From Podarcis melisellensis (lineage: Eukaryota), in NCBI GenBank assembly GCA_964234715.1, contig OZ174282.1: a stretch of DNA of 64,000 nucleotides; one strand, given 5' to 3'. The position numbers were made by a program, and so were the translations under genes. A model generated the notes under the pieces. That model did no database searches. It was not told the DNA's origin and was given only the letters and a program-made list of their open reading frames with translations. This document shows, piece after piece, positions 49,701 to 60,240 of this stretch (position 1 is the first letter of the stretch; each line of letters starts with the position of its first letter).

Positions 49701-52700
49701 GTTCTGCCTTCACACTGTAGTGCTGCTAGCACAGAACCTGAATTCTGATGACCAAGACGTGGTCCTGAAGGCCCTGAAGCGCGTTCCTGAGAGCCGGCTT
49801 CGTAAAGATGGGCTGAAAGCCTTAAGCCTGCTTCTTGTTGAAGGAAACAGCAAGGTTGTCGGGGCCGTGTCAGCACAGTTGCGCAACCTTTCAGAGAACC
49901 CTGGCTTCCGGGAACGGGTAAATATCAACTGTGCTTGTCCTGCTGTTGGGAGGGGATTTATTGATCAGGAGATAGCCTGGTTTCAAGTGCAGCTACACTA
50001 AAGGTAAAGGGTAAAGGGACCTTTGACCGTTAGGTCCATTCGTGGCCGATTCTGGGGTTGCGGCGCTCATCATCTCGCTTTATGGGCCGAGGGAGCTGGC
50101 GTACAGCTTCTGGGTCATGTGGCCAGCATGACTAAGCCACTTCAGGCGAGCCAGAGCAGCACACGGAAACGCCGTTTACCTTCCCACTAAAGCGGTACAT
50201 ATTTATCTACTTGCACTTTGACGCGCCTTTGAACTGCTAGGTTGGCAGGAACAGGGACTGAGCAACGGGAGCGCACCCTGTCGCGGGGCTTCAAACCGCC
50301 GACCTTCTGATCGGCAAGTCCTAGGCTCTGTGGTTTAACCCACAGCGCCACCCGCGTACACTACAGATTGCTAAAGCATGTTGGAAGCAGTTAAACTTTC
50401 TTGATTCCTCCTGAAGAACTCTGAGAGTTGCAGTTTCGTGAAGTAGCTGAGAGTGCTTTATTAGTCATTGGTTGCTGATTTCTTAGTTGGGTGTTTTGTT
50501 TGTTGGCACCCATCTGTCTCAAGAAACAAAAGGTGTGTGGTGTACAGAAAGGGGGCACAAGCAGGCTGACTGATGTGTCTTTCCCAGGCCCTGGTCTGTT
50601 ACCTTGAGCAGCTGGAGGATGAAGAGGTGCAAACACGGATTGCAGCCTGTGCAGCTCTGGGCTGCCTTAAGGTGAGGGCTAGATAGAAGCTTTTCTCAAA
50701 GGTCTGCTTTTAATATATTTACTAACTGACATTCATGAGTTTTCTGGATGTAGCTCACCCTCTGTACCTGATCATTTAAAACAAGACTTTGTTGTATGGA
50801 AGAGAGGGAAGCCTTCCCAGTGATTGCCCACTACAAGGTTGAGCAACTGTCTGGGCTGCAGTGGGCTTCAATATCCTGTATTTGTGTATTGGTCCTCCAC
50901 CTTATTTGTAGCTTTGGGTTTTGGGGTTCTGTTTAGAGAAGGAGCTAAAACTTGATAACATCACCTGCTTTTACATTTCCCTCCAATAGGCTAAGGAGAG
51001 TATTGAGCAGCTGGTGTACTTGTGCCAAACGGACAAAGAGGCCGTACGAGAGGCAGCCAAACAGAGCCTAATGCTGTGTGGTGAGTGCCTTCCTTCCCTT
51101 CCCTTGTTTTCAGATATAGTTCTCTCCTGTCTCACCTGGGCAGGGCAGGCAGCTCCCTTTATGACAGTGGTTGACAACCATCAAGGGACACATTCCCTCT
51201 GGGGAATCCATTGGGGCTAAAGTCAGCAGTGTGCAGGGCCAGAGCCTGAGGTGGGTGGAGCTACCTTTTTCATTCTTTCTCCCCCCCCCCTTGCTACTCA
51301 ACAGGCCACTCAGAAAGAGACAGATCACTTCTTCCAAAAATTTAAACCAGTAGGTTGCAGAGGGCTTTGGAAACCACGCTAAAGGCTATATGCAGCCCAC
51401 CCTGCCAGTTGTCCACTCCTGCCTTGTGGCTTGTTGAGGGGTGGGGTCTGGCTCCATGTGGTGCTCACTCTATACTAAATGGCTAGGCTGAACTCCTAGC
51501 CTGTTTGGCCATAGATTTATGCTCTTAAATACCCCATATCTATTCCTTGATCTCTTGCTAGTGTCCACAACATAGGACAGAGCACCCTCTTGGCCCTACT
51601 TTGCTGCTCACTTAGTGAGAGTTGATATGGAACATTGAGTGTGGAAAGCACTAAGCAGTTGTTGTTTATCATTTTGTTAGATGGCACTGAGAGAACCATC
51701 TGATTGGCTAACTAGACTTCCGGGTCATGACAGCAGCTGCACAGGTCGGGATGTGTTGGCCAGTCCGTTCTTCCTCCTTCCCCCTGTGCTGCATGCTTTA
51801 TCGGTGTCTCTTGTCCTGGACTCTGTTGGTCTTTATCTTGTCAGGTCTTTTGTCTCAGCTCACTCCTCCTAGTGCGCTTGTGTTCTGGCTGTGTCTTTGT
51901 CACTGTTGCAAAGGGAATGGCACACCTGTTGAGGGGCTGTGATCCAGATTACATAGGAAGTTGCCTTCTGCCAGGTCAGACTGCTTGTCCATCTTGCCCC
52001 AGTATTGTCTATTCTGGAGCGGCAGTGGCTCTCCCGTATCTGGCTGTGGTTTTCCCACCACCTACTTGTTGATCTTTCCACTAGAGATGCCAAGCACTCA
52101 CCCCTGGGATCTTCAGCATGCAAAGCAAGTTCCACTTTCCTACCCAGACAGGCCTTTTAGATCAGGGGCTTGGCACTGAAAATGCCCCTATTTTTAGGCT
52201 TCCTGGTAACAAGAAGCGTGTAGTTCATCTCTTCCGAATGAAACCTGCCTTCCCAGCTAAAGGTGTCTTCTGTTTTTAAGAAGCTCAAAACACCTGGAAG
52301 ATGAAGGGCTTCTCAAAGGCACACTATTTAGGCTCCTCCTGCATTCCATTAGTGATGGGTGACCAACTTCTGAGAGCTGAAAGGAGTTTAACTATAAGGT
52401 TAGGATGATGGCCTGTTGGTATCTATGTTGTCGAGAATGACAACATTCTTGTCATAGGGCATATTTCTTTGAATTGCACCCTGGGGCTTTCTACCAATGG
52501 TGGGTGTAAAGGCCTCTTGCCCCCATCCCTGCATTAGCCAGTTACAAGGCCAAGCACACCCTTCACTGAGCAGCAGGACATCCTTCACAGCATCTCTCTT
52601 GAGAGCTTCTGCCTACACCCTTGGCTTCCCCTACTGTTCATATGCTGCAACTGCAGGCCCCAGATTGGGAAGATAGGTTTCAGGGGGAAGCTTGAACACA

Positions 52701-53789
52701 CACCAACCGTTATCACTAGAAACTAGGAGCCCAGGAGTCAGCATTGGCACAGAGCTGGTTGTATTTGTTATGGAGTGGGGTGAGATCCACAAGATCTGGC
52801 ATGGCACCCTGTAAATCTTCTAAAATGAAATGGAATCTGGACAATAGTTTTTAATAATTTAAAAGACCCACTAGCAGACCATCAAAGTGCAGCAGGAGGG
52901 GATTGTCAGCAGTTGCAATGCCACAAAAACTGTTGATCCAGGTGCCTGATTGGGGGGACCTGTTGCAATCAGGTCCTGCTTGTGGAGCTTCTCGTGGGCA
53001 TCTGGTTGGCCACTGTAAAAACAGGATACTGAGCTACATGAGTCATTGACCTGATCTAGCAGGCTCTTCTTATGTTCCCTTTCAAGTTCTGCTTAAATCA
53101 GCATGCCTGTTGCGGAGGGTATTTATTTACAAGTTCTAAAGTACTGCAAACAAGCAAAGATCAGCACAGGTACAAAATGAAGGGCAAATTCAAATAGAAT
53201 AGTGCAGTCATGCGCCAATTTGAACATGCAGAGGAAGCAAGACAATTGTTAAATGACTGGCTGATGGACAGAAAAGGGCACCTGGAAACAAACGGTGTTC
53301 AAAAGCTACTAAATGAGCTCTTCAGATGTATCAACTGACTATTCCTACAAGGGTAAATTCTTGTCAGCCTCATCAGTCTTCATTGTTTGATTGGGGAATT
53401 GGGTTCACATTCAAGAAAATATGAATGGACCATCATCAGCAAACAATATTGACCATACATTAATTTTGGAAGTGTAGTCTTATAGATGGCCACACAGCTG
53501 GTTGGATCACCCTTAGGCAACCAAGCAATGAAGTTTTATGAAATTGGGTGGGGGAGGGAATCACCCATTTTCAGGCCAGTGTGTTGCCAAGGAAGATGAC
53601 AGGGAAATTTTATGGTCTGACTCTGTAGACATGTGCAAGGCTGGGGCAAATAATATCGTAATTAACAGCTGATTGCTTTATCTGCTTGCAGGAGAAGATG
53701 GGAAATCTGCTCATCGACGTCTTGAAGAGTCTCTTGACAGTTTGCCCCGAATCTTTGCCCCGGGGAGCATGGCCAGCACTGCGTTCTGA
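28014..53789 (+). CDS. RIPOR1: RIPOR1 / FAM65A (RHO family interacting cell polarization regulator 1), spliced CDS, 21 exons, 1000 aa: join(28014-28114,32364-32516,33366-33444,34058-34081,36334-36387,36977-37129,37268-37331,37612-37655,37866-37991,38087-38235,38624-38753,41537-42238,43375-43490,45645-45825,46695-46830,47523-47684,48681-48839,49721-49917,50588-50671,50990-51080,53692-53789)
   Basis: Manual exon assembly. Every junction is AG/GT, phases are compatible, and the total is 3003 nt with no internal stop. The translation runs [99 protein letters not shown], matching human RIPOR1 as I recall it. Both termini are diagnostic versus RIPOR2/3. Confidence 0.97.
32364..32516 (+). CDS. RIPOR1: RIPOR1 coding exon 2
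   Basis: (R)[50 protein letters not shown](T); tttttag| ... |gtgagt; phase 2-2. Confidence 0.95.
32561..32652. repeat. Perfect 46-bp tandem duplication containing a palindrome
   Basis: cttgggtttcattgaaaccctcttaacctatggtgcctgtttcatt x2 (32561-32606, 32607-32652). Confidence 0.9.
33366..33444 (+). CDS. RIPOR1: RIPOR1 coding exon 3
   Basis: [26 protein letters not shown]; aacag| ... |gtgagt. Confidence 0.95.
34058..34081 (+). CDS. RIPOR1: RIPOR1 coding exon 4 (24-nt microexon)
   Basis: GFLYDLDK; long pyrimidine tract ending ctctag|, donor AAG|gtaagg. Confidence 0.93.
35335..35584. mobile_element. Tc1/mariner-type (Tc2/Tigger-like) MITE
   Basis: TA-CCGTATTTTTCGCTCTATAGGACGCAC ... GTGCATCCTATAGAGCAAAAAATAATG-TA. 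Confidence 0.75.
36334..36387 (+). CDS. RIPOR1: RIPOR1 coding exon 5
   Basis: [18 protein letters not shown]; tttcacag| ... |gtacca. Confidence 0.95.
36977..37129 (+). CDS. RIPOR1: RIPOR1 coding exon 6
   Basis: [51 protein letters not shown]; taacag| ... |gtgagt. Confidence 0.95.
37268..37331 (+). CDS. RIPOR1: RIPOR1 coding exon 7
   Basis: [21 protein letters not shown](G); ttccag| ... |gtacag. Confidence 0.95.
37612..37655 (+). CDS. RIPOR1: RIPOR1 coding exon 8
   Basis: (G)[14 protein letters not shown]; ttgcag| ... |gtttgt. Confidence 0.95.
37866..37991 (+). CDS. RIPOR1: RIPOR1 coding exon 9
   Basis: [42 protein letters not shown]; ggcag| ... |gtatct. Confidence 0.95.
38087..38235 (+). 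CDS. RIPOR1: RIPOR1 coding exon 10
   Basis: [49 protein letters not shown](N); tcccag| ... |gtgagt. Confidence 0.95.
38624..38753 (+). CDS. RIPOR1: RIPOR1 coding exon 11
   Basis: [43 protein letters not shown]; cactag| ... |gtgagt. Confidence 0.95.
39160..39372 (-). mobile_element. MIR/CORE-type SINE
   Basis: cacaagaaccctgtgaag..gttaggctgagaggcagtga..cccaaggtcaccca..ggattggaacccaggtc; the opposite-orientation copy is at about 57590-57762. Confidence 0.7.
39530..39673 (+). CDS. RIPOR1: Putative alternative (cassette) coding exon of RIPOR1, 48 aa, phase 0-0
   Basis: [48 protein letters not shown]. Branch-like gctgac at 39501, pyrimidine tract ending AAG|, donor |GTAAGT, 144 nt and stop-free. 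Resembles the RIPOR2 segment ..RRLSVLSALQDTFFAKLHRSRSFSDLPSL.. (recalled) at the same position. Confidence 0.7.
40247..40294. repeat. (GT)n microsatellite
   Basis: Near-perfect GT run directly 5' of a SINE head. Confidence 0.95.
40297..40481 (+). mobile_element. tRNA-derived SINE (Squam3-like)
   Basis: gggctgtagctcagtgg...ccaggttcagttcc...agacaatactgagctagatggac...ttcccatgttcct. Confidence 0.75.
41537..42238 (+). CDS. RIPOR1: RIPOR1 coding exon 12 (large, mostly low-complexity linker)
   Basis: [32 protein letters not shown] ... [37 protein letters not shown]; ttccag| ... |gtgagt; lies within ORF 41456-42256. Confidence 0.96.
43375..43490 (+). CDS. RIPOR1: RIPOR1 coding exon 13
   Basis: [38 protein letters not shown](G); ccacag| ... 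|gtgagt. Confidence 0.94.
43651..43707. repeat. (TAT)n microsatellite
   Basis: About 19 perfect TAT units. Confidence 0.95.
45645..45825 (+). CDS. RIPOR1: RIPOR1 coding exon 14
   Basis: [11 protein letters not shown]...[26 protein letters not shown]; ttcacag| ... |gtgagt; the 5' part is divergent so the exact acceptor is slightly less certain. Confidence 0.88.
46695..46830 (+). CDS. RIPOR1: RIPOR1 coding exon 15
   Basis: [45 protein letters not shown]; cctag| ... |gtaagg. Confidence 0.95.
47523..47684 (+). CDS. RIPOR1: RIPOR1 coding exon 16
   Basis: (V)[53 protein letters not shown]; ctctcag| ... |gtgggt. Confidence 0.95.
48681..48839 (+). CDS. RIPOR1: RIPOR1 coding exon 17
   Basis: (V)[52 protein letters not shown]; ccacag| ... 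|gtatat. Confidence 0.95.
49721..49917 (+). CDS. RIPOR1: RIPOR1 coding exon 18 (ARM/HEAT-like C-terminal region)
   Basis: (V)[65 protein letters not shown]; ctgtag| ... |gtaaat. Confidence 0.95.
50001..50356 (-). mobile_element. Full-length Sauria SINE with TSD (intron 18)
   Basis: Same family as the 17382 copy (aaggtaaagg tail, cacggaaacgccgtttaccttccc core, ttaacccacagcgccacc head); TSD TACACTA at 49994-50000 and 50357-50363. Confidence 0.9.
50588..50671 (+). CDS. RIPOR1: RIPOR1 coding exon 19
   Basis: [28 protein letters not shown]; tcccag| ... |gtgagg. Confidence 0.95.
50990..51080 (+). CDS. RIPOR1: RIPOR1 coding exon 20
   Basis: [30 protein letters not shown]; caatag| ... |gtgagt. Confidence 0.95.
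53692..53789 (+). CDS. RIPOR1: RIPOR1 last coding exon (to TGA)
   Basis: (G)[31 protein letters not shown]; ttgcag|; stop TGA 53787-53789. Confidence 0.96.
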
Positions 53790-54686
53790 AGGGTGCCACA
53801 CAAACTGACCAGCCAGATCCTTTTGGGACCCAGACTTTGCATGCCACAGAACTTCAACCAAGTCACACAGACTGGGGTCAGACTAGTGTGCCATAGACTG
53901 GGCAGCTCTTTGCCCCTAAGCGCATGCACACACTGCAGTATTAGCATCACCCACACGCTGTCTTATGTGGAGGATGCCTTTTCCTAGCCCCAATGGCTGC
54001 TTCACTCATGGAACTAACATGAGTACAAGACACTGAGAGATCCGCTTGTTTTTTTTCCTACAGGAGCCCACGGGGCTGAGGGATTGAGTATGGCTCTCTG
54101 CCATTTGCCAGGATCAATACACCACATTTTGGAGAAAAACATCAGCTGAGCATTATGGCCATGCCAGAAAGTCTCAGTTGCTAAAGCCATCTCCCATTTG
54201 AGACAAACTTGGAAGAATTTTTGTGTGTTCTTGAAGTCCCACTTAGTGTTCAACTTGTTCTTAGCTTGCCCATGTCCTCCACCCTCTGGGGCTGTGAATA
54301 CTGCAGGAAATTGGGACCAGGTATATTCTGCTACTGAGGAGCTGCAAACTCTTCTCTCGGTTCTGAGAGGTGGGGGGGGGGGAAAGAAAGTGCACAACAA
54401 TTACAGGAGGGAGTTTCCCACCTCCCAGTGGAGGAGGAAGAAAGGACTGATTGTTTTTAACAGTGGTGCTGTGGCAGATGGAAGCAACATGGATAGACAA
54501 ACGCTGCCACTTCTTTGGCTATTTTATTATTTTTATTTACACATTTTTTTGGGGGGGAGGTTGCAGACAAAAGCAAAAAGTCTTTTCTATAAAATCTCTA
54601 TAATTTTATCTGTATATCTACATAGATATATAAATATATATAATGTAATTATCAAGAGGTTTGGCTAATTTTGACTTTAAGCCTGA

Positions 54687-54692
54687 AATAAA
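54687..54692 (+). terminator. Polyadenylation signal AATAAA of RIPOR1 (3'UTR about 0.9 kb; second AATAAA at 54872-54877)
   Basis: AATAAA preceded by an AT-rich tract (54590-54650) and followed about 20 nt later by GT-rich gtgagttgggtgt. Confidence 0.7.
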
Positions 54693-57600
54693 AAGAAGTT
54701 TGAGCAAGTGAGTTGGGTGTACATCATTTTGTGACTGCTGCTGTGGAGTTTCCCTAACCAAACTGGGAAGGAGCGAGGTGTTGTGAAACCTCAAGTGGTC
54801 AAAAACACCTTAGGTAACTCAAGTCAACAAAGTACAGCATTGAAGTTTTTCAGTGGTTTTACAGGTGGTGAAATAAAAAGGAAGATGGACTGAGCTTCTT
54901 TCCAGAAGTGAAAGGGGAACGCTGAAGACCACAGGCAACAAGTCATCCTTGTCCTTCCTGCAGTACAGAAAATAGAAATGGAAACCATTATTCATTGATT
55001 TTCAATATTCATACCCTGCCTTGTTAAATAAGGTTCTCTGAATATTATAGATAGATATAAATCAACACAGCAGCAAAAGCAAGCTGCCAAACTAACAATC
55101 TTAAAGATATTAACAGTGCAATCCTACATATTTTAGTCAAAAGTAAGCGTTCAAGACAGCTTACACTCATTTAGGTAGGTATAGGATTGTAGTGCAAAAC
55201 ACTAAAAAGTTAACGGGAAGATGAAATTCAAGGAGAGTAATCTGAAAAAGTTCACTGAAATAGGTCTTTCCTGCCTATCTGAAAGCAAACAACAAAGGGG
55301 GCAGGTGAACCCCCTTGACATGTTATTCCAGATCTGAAAAGGCCCTGTGGTGGTGAGGGAACGTAGAGCAGGGCCTCAGAAGACAAAGATGTTAAGACAA
55401 GTTTCATATGGAGAAAGGTGATTCTTGAGACAACCTAGGCTGAGAATTCTTTGGGGATGTCTTCTGAAAACATTAGCTCAATGTGTCTGCAACTTGAATA
55501 GAAGCAAAGGTGCTGAACAAGATGCAACATAATTCACATTTTTTTACATTTAAATGCAGGTATGTGCCCCCCTCCCCAGTATGGATCAGAAATATAGGGG
55601 GAGGGCAAAGGGCTAAAGCCTCCACATTTCTCCAAGTCATGGGACTTACGTCTGCCATTTACTTTTTTTTTTTTAAGTAACACAGTTGTAAACTGTGTGG
55701 ATAGAATCTCATCTAGTTTGACCGTAAGAAAATAAGAACGTTCCTCCAGTTGTCTGGGAGCACTTGATGCCGCAGTGTTTTTGAATCAATGCCTGAATGA
55801 GAGCTGCATATAGGCTGTTAGGTAAGAACAGAAAATGCATTTTGAAAGTGGATAAATACAGGTTAGGTAAATGCGCTTATAAAAATATGCATGTGCCCGT
55901 GAATTTCCCTGTACCACTTGTGACTCCAAAAAGCTCCTACACCCAGAAACTAGCATAAAGATGTCCGACTTACATTAACCTAGAGTCACTGGGCAAAATG
56001 AGCTATTTATTGAGGAAAGCCCAAGGGTATATGGATGTAAAGTAAATTAAAACCAAGGTTGTTCCTAAATTAATTCTTCCTTGGCTTGTGACATCAAAAT
56101 GTGGTGTCTTGAGATCCTCAGCTTGAATGAATCCCTTTAGCATAGAGATGGGGAACCCCTGTACTTCCAGACTATCATAGTTTTTGACCATTGGCCATAC
56201 TGACTGGGACAGAGGGCATTTAGCCATCTAACACCTGGAGGGCCACAGTCTCCCTCTCCCTGATGAGGAATACTTCACTCCTGCGAAAGACCCAGCTATT
56301 TGCCCTGTATAATTGTTTCGTTGGAGTTTCTTGTTGGCACATCCCTGGGTTTCGTTTCCACATGGGTACTTCACTAAAATGTATTGAAAGTGCCCTAAGC
56401 TGCTTCCCTAGCCTGCCACTAAGATGAAATGCATAACTTTTGAATTAGGCCTAGTGCCTGGACTATACCACTTTAGGTGGAAGTTCCTGTGATTGTGTAG
56501 AGGTAACTCGCAGCTTATATGAGGGTTTGGTTTCAGGGGTCCACGTGCAAATGCAAAATAGTATAAAGCCAGAAACCTCTGGAACTGCTCTCCCCATGAC
56601 TATCCCTGTCTATAGCAGCCTTGCCCTTGACCTCACTTACTGCCCTCTGGGAAGGATGTGCAAGGCCTAGGGCCCTCATGTAACCTTCCCAGAGCCCAAT
56701 AAGCAAAATGGAAGGCCAAAAAAAGATCTTTTTGCAGTGGGTTTTCTCTGCTCTCCGTTTATTTACCCACTGCCCACATAAAGTTGTGATGTAGGAGAAA
56801 TCAGTGTAAGCTTCATACGTTCAGTTGTACTTGTACCTCCCTCTCCCATACAAAGAATAAAATACCTTTCGAGAGAGAGAGCACACAATCTGTTAACATT
56901 GCTACCCTGTTAACTAGGGGATTGTTAAAGTACCCACAGGCACCTGCAAAGCCTGAGAAAATTCATACAAGGCAAACGATTTCCAACATCTATCATTGCT
57001 GCTGTCTGGTTTTCTAGTGGGAAGCATTGAGTCATGCTTCCCATGAGGTCCACCAAGAGTAAAATGGCCATCCAGCAAATCCAGAAAATAGATGTTTGGG
57101 GGTTTCTTGGGCAGCAGGTTTATGGAGGATCACTGCCTATGCTCAGCATTAAATCCTTCCCTAGCTGTTTTTAGCTGGTGTAAGTAGATGGAAGTGGGGA
57201 GGTTTCCCTGAAGCTGTCGTTTGAGAGGAAACTGGAAAGGGCCAGCCCCAGGTAGGGGTGGTCCTATGCACTGTTCATTCTAGTGCCCGCCCCACCCCCC
57301 GTCAATATGCCCTAGCAGGCATACCTGTTAGTAATGGTTGGCAGAAGCAACAGTGCTGCTTTCAGCAATGCTGGATGGCAGGGACTAGCTACCATGTTAA
57401 TTTCCTTCAATACCTTGTAACAGCACTTTGTCAGGGGTGTTGTGTTGGCCCACAAAAATAAAGGGGAACTCAGAGCAGGTATCAGTGATGTTGGGACCCT
57501 GATGGTTGTCCTGGAACTGGAGATAAAGGGTTGGACCCAGACATAGTCGTCCTCTTTTTGCCAAGAGAGGAAGACAGGTGACAGATGCATAGTGAAAGCC

Positions 57601-58839
57601 ATGAAGCTCACTGGTGACCTTGGGCCAGTCATTGCCTCTCAGCCTAACCTACCTCACAGGGTTTTTGGGAGGATGAAATGGAGAAGAGTACCACCTTCAG
57701 ATTCTTGGAACACCACCTTCAGATTCTTGGAAGATAAAGGGGGTATATAAATGTAATTAATAAAAAATATATATGTTGATTTCTTCTAGGAGAGAACTGT
57801 TCTTTTGTAGAAAACGCTGCTTCCCTTCAAGATGGCATCTTCTGCTGCAAGGCCACAAAAATTACCACAGCTCCAATTAAAGAACTAGGATTAATTAAAG
57901 AATAGGGATTAGAGATATATAGAGGATATTTTGTGGTGAGGGGAGGTATATAAATACTATTAAAGTAGAAGAAATGTATTTTAAAACAACCACCAAACAT
58001 ATAGTCGCTACATTCATGTTACATATGCAGCAAGGAACACCCTGAATAACTATAATCCACTGGCTCCATAAGGACAGGTAAGGGGGTTCTAGACAGAGCT
58101 ACTTCCCATTTTAGAAACCAAGCACCATTTTAAAGTAAAATCTAAACTGCCTGAATGTGGAATGGGACACTAGCAAATCTCTTTAATACGTTTTCTGCTG
58201 AATTTCTGGTAATCACTTTCAACTACAAACTGTTCTCTTAGATATTTGAAGAGGGGTGGGAATCCTTCACTAAAAACTGGGATGGGTTGTAGTTAGTTTA
58301 CCTACATTCCAGGTACGGCTACAAATACTGTATGGACTTTGAAAGGACATCAACCCACCTGTTGTGATCCTTTCCCTAGTTAGGGTCAATTTACCTGATT
58401 ACTGTGTCTTTCAAGTAAGACAAATGAGATTTGAAAAGCAAACATCCCCATGACTTTTAAAGATTGTAAATCTTTAAAATTTTAAAAGATTTAAAAGACT
58501 GTAGATCCCCCCCCCCCCGCTCTTTTGGGTATCAGGGCTTTAATGGCTGTGCATCAAATTAAAAAGGACAGCAGTATTTCTCACCACAGATATACATTAA
58601 GTACTTAATCCGAGATACCACTGTACACTGACAGGTGGCAGCTTTGCCTGTTGAATTTCTGCCTACTATGGGATTGTTAAAGGTTTAATTCTAATATAAA
58701 AATAAGTGGCATATCTATTTTGAGGCAAAGGTGTGCAACCACAAACTGCCTCTGACAAGCTGCAGTTAACTTACATATCCAAGCTCGCCTGTTTTGGTTT
58801 TGGACACGTTTGCACCAATTTGCTCCTGATTATACCAAC

Positions 58840-60240
58840 ACGACGCCCGTGACACCCCCGCCCGTTGACAGAGATTTTCCTTTCTCGGCAGGTGGCAACA
58901 GGGCAAACGTCACCTCAAGAGGGCGCCACACCGCGGAACCAATCCCATTGCCCGCGCTTGCAACGTGCAAGTGCTCTGCACCCTCGGCCCAGGCCGCGCG
59001 TGACGTCACAGCGCCACCCGCCCTCACGTCCGCCGCGGCCCTTCTAGGTCCTCTATTTGAAGTTGGCGCCCAGCGGCTCCTCCCATGGTGCTCCGCGCGG
59101 CCGCTTCTCCCGCTCCCTCCTCCCTTCGCTCGGCTTCGGCGGCCGCGGCTGCCGGGCTGGCGCAGGCGCACTGTTCGTCTCGGCCGCCATTTTGTGTCCG
59201 AGGCGACTGTGGAACGATTAAACCGCGAGCTGGTGCTGGGCGCTGGCGGCGGCCGCTAGCGGCGGGGCAGCGGCAGTAGGAGCTCCGCAGGGCCCGAGCG
59301 GGGCGGGGCCCGGGGCAGCAGGGGCGGCCCGGAGGCGCCTCCGGGACAGGTAAGCAGCGCGGGGGGTTTGCAGTCGCTTTCTCCGGCCTCTAGGTGTCAC
59401 GATGGGGCTCGGGCTGGGACCCGCCGCGGCGCCGCCGATGGGGAGCGGGGCTTTGTCTCCCTCTACCGTCCCCATCGCCCTGATGCCGGCCTGGTACTGC
59501 CGCCCATCGGCCTCCCAGAGCAGCGCCTCTGCCGGAACCAGGCCGGGCCTGGATAAATAGACAGAGGCGCGGCTGCTTAGCTCGGCCTTGCCCAACCCGC
59601 CGCCGCCTCACCCTCTCCGCCGCCGCCAACCACGGCCTGCTGGAGTGACTCGGGTTTTATTTAACTCGTCCGCCATTATGGAAACGACTAACCCCGGGCG
59701 TTCCTGTCCCCGCAAAAAACCTCTGTTCAAAACACCCACCCGCCCGCCTTGATCCTGGCCGAGTCGATTGGGTTTCCTCCCCCCCCCCCGTTTCCCAGCT
59801 CCTCCCGAGCCGCCCCCATAAACCTGCGGCCTAATCCTGCCACCTCCCGCCTCTTCTGGCTCGCTTCTCGTTCCGCCCGGTCGCCTCCGCCCCGCGTCGA
59901 TTCCCGCCCGTCTCCGCTTCTGCTTTTCTCTCCCTCCTCCCCATGCCCGGACGTCCTCGTCCCGTCCCAGCTGACCGTCCCCGGCCTGCTCCGTCCGCGT
60001 CCTTTTCCCCCGATGGTCCTGCGTGTCCGCGCTGCCCGTCCCTGCCCGCCTGCTCCCGCCGGCCGCCGCCTCGCTGTGCGCGCTGCGGAGTGAGAGGCGC
60101 TGCGAGCTCAAGATCGGGACTCGAGCTCCCTCTTGCAAGGCAGGCTGAGCTGCAGCGCCATGCAGCGCGGGAGAGCGCCAGGCGGGGACGCCCGAGCTCG
60201 CCCGCCCGGCCTGGAACCGGGAAGGAGCTCACGCGGGGCT
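58840..60240 (+). promoter_or_regulatory. CTCF: CpG-island promoter of CTCF
   Basis: The only dense CpG/GC island in the window. CCAAT 58939-58943, full CRE TGACGTCA 59001-59008, NRF1-like GCGCAGGCGCA 59160-59170, YY1 GGCCGCCATTTTG 59182-59194. RIPOR1 followed by CTCF on the same strand is the known amniote gene order. Confidence 0.85.
59180..59349 (+). other. CTCF: CTCF non-coding exon 1 (5'UTR); TSS approximate; donor CAG|GTAAGC at 59349/59350
   Basis: GCCATTTTGTGTCCGAG..CTGTGGAACGATTAAACCG closely matches the start of human CTCF mRNA as I recall it (GCCATTTTGTGTCTGAGCCTGTGGAGCGATTAAACCG); strong 5' splice site. Confidence 0.8.
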
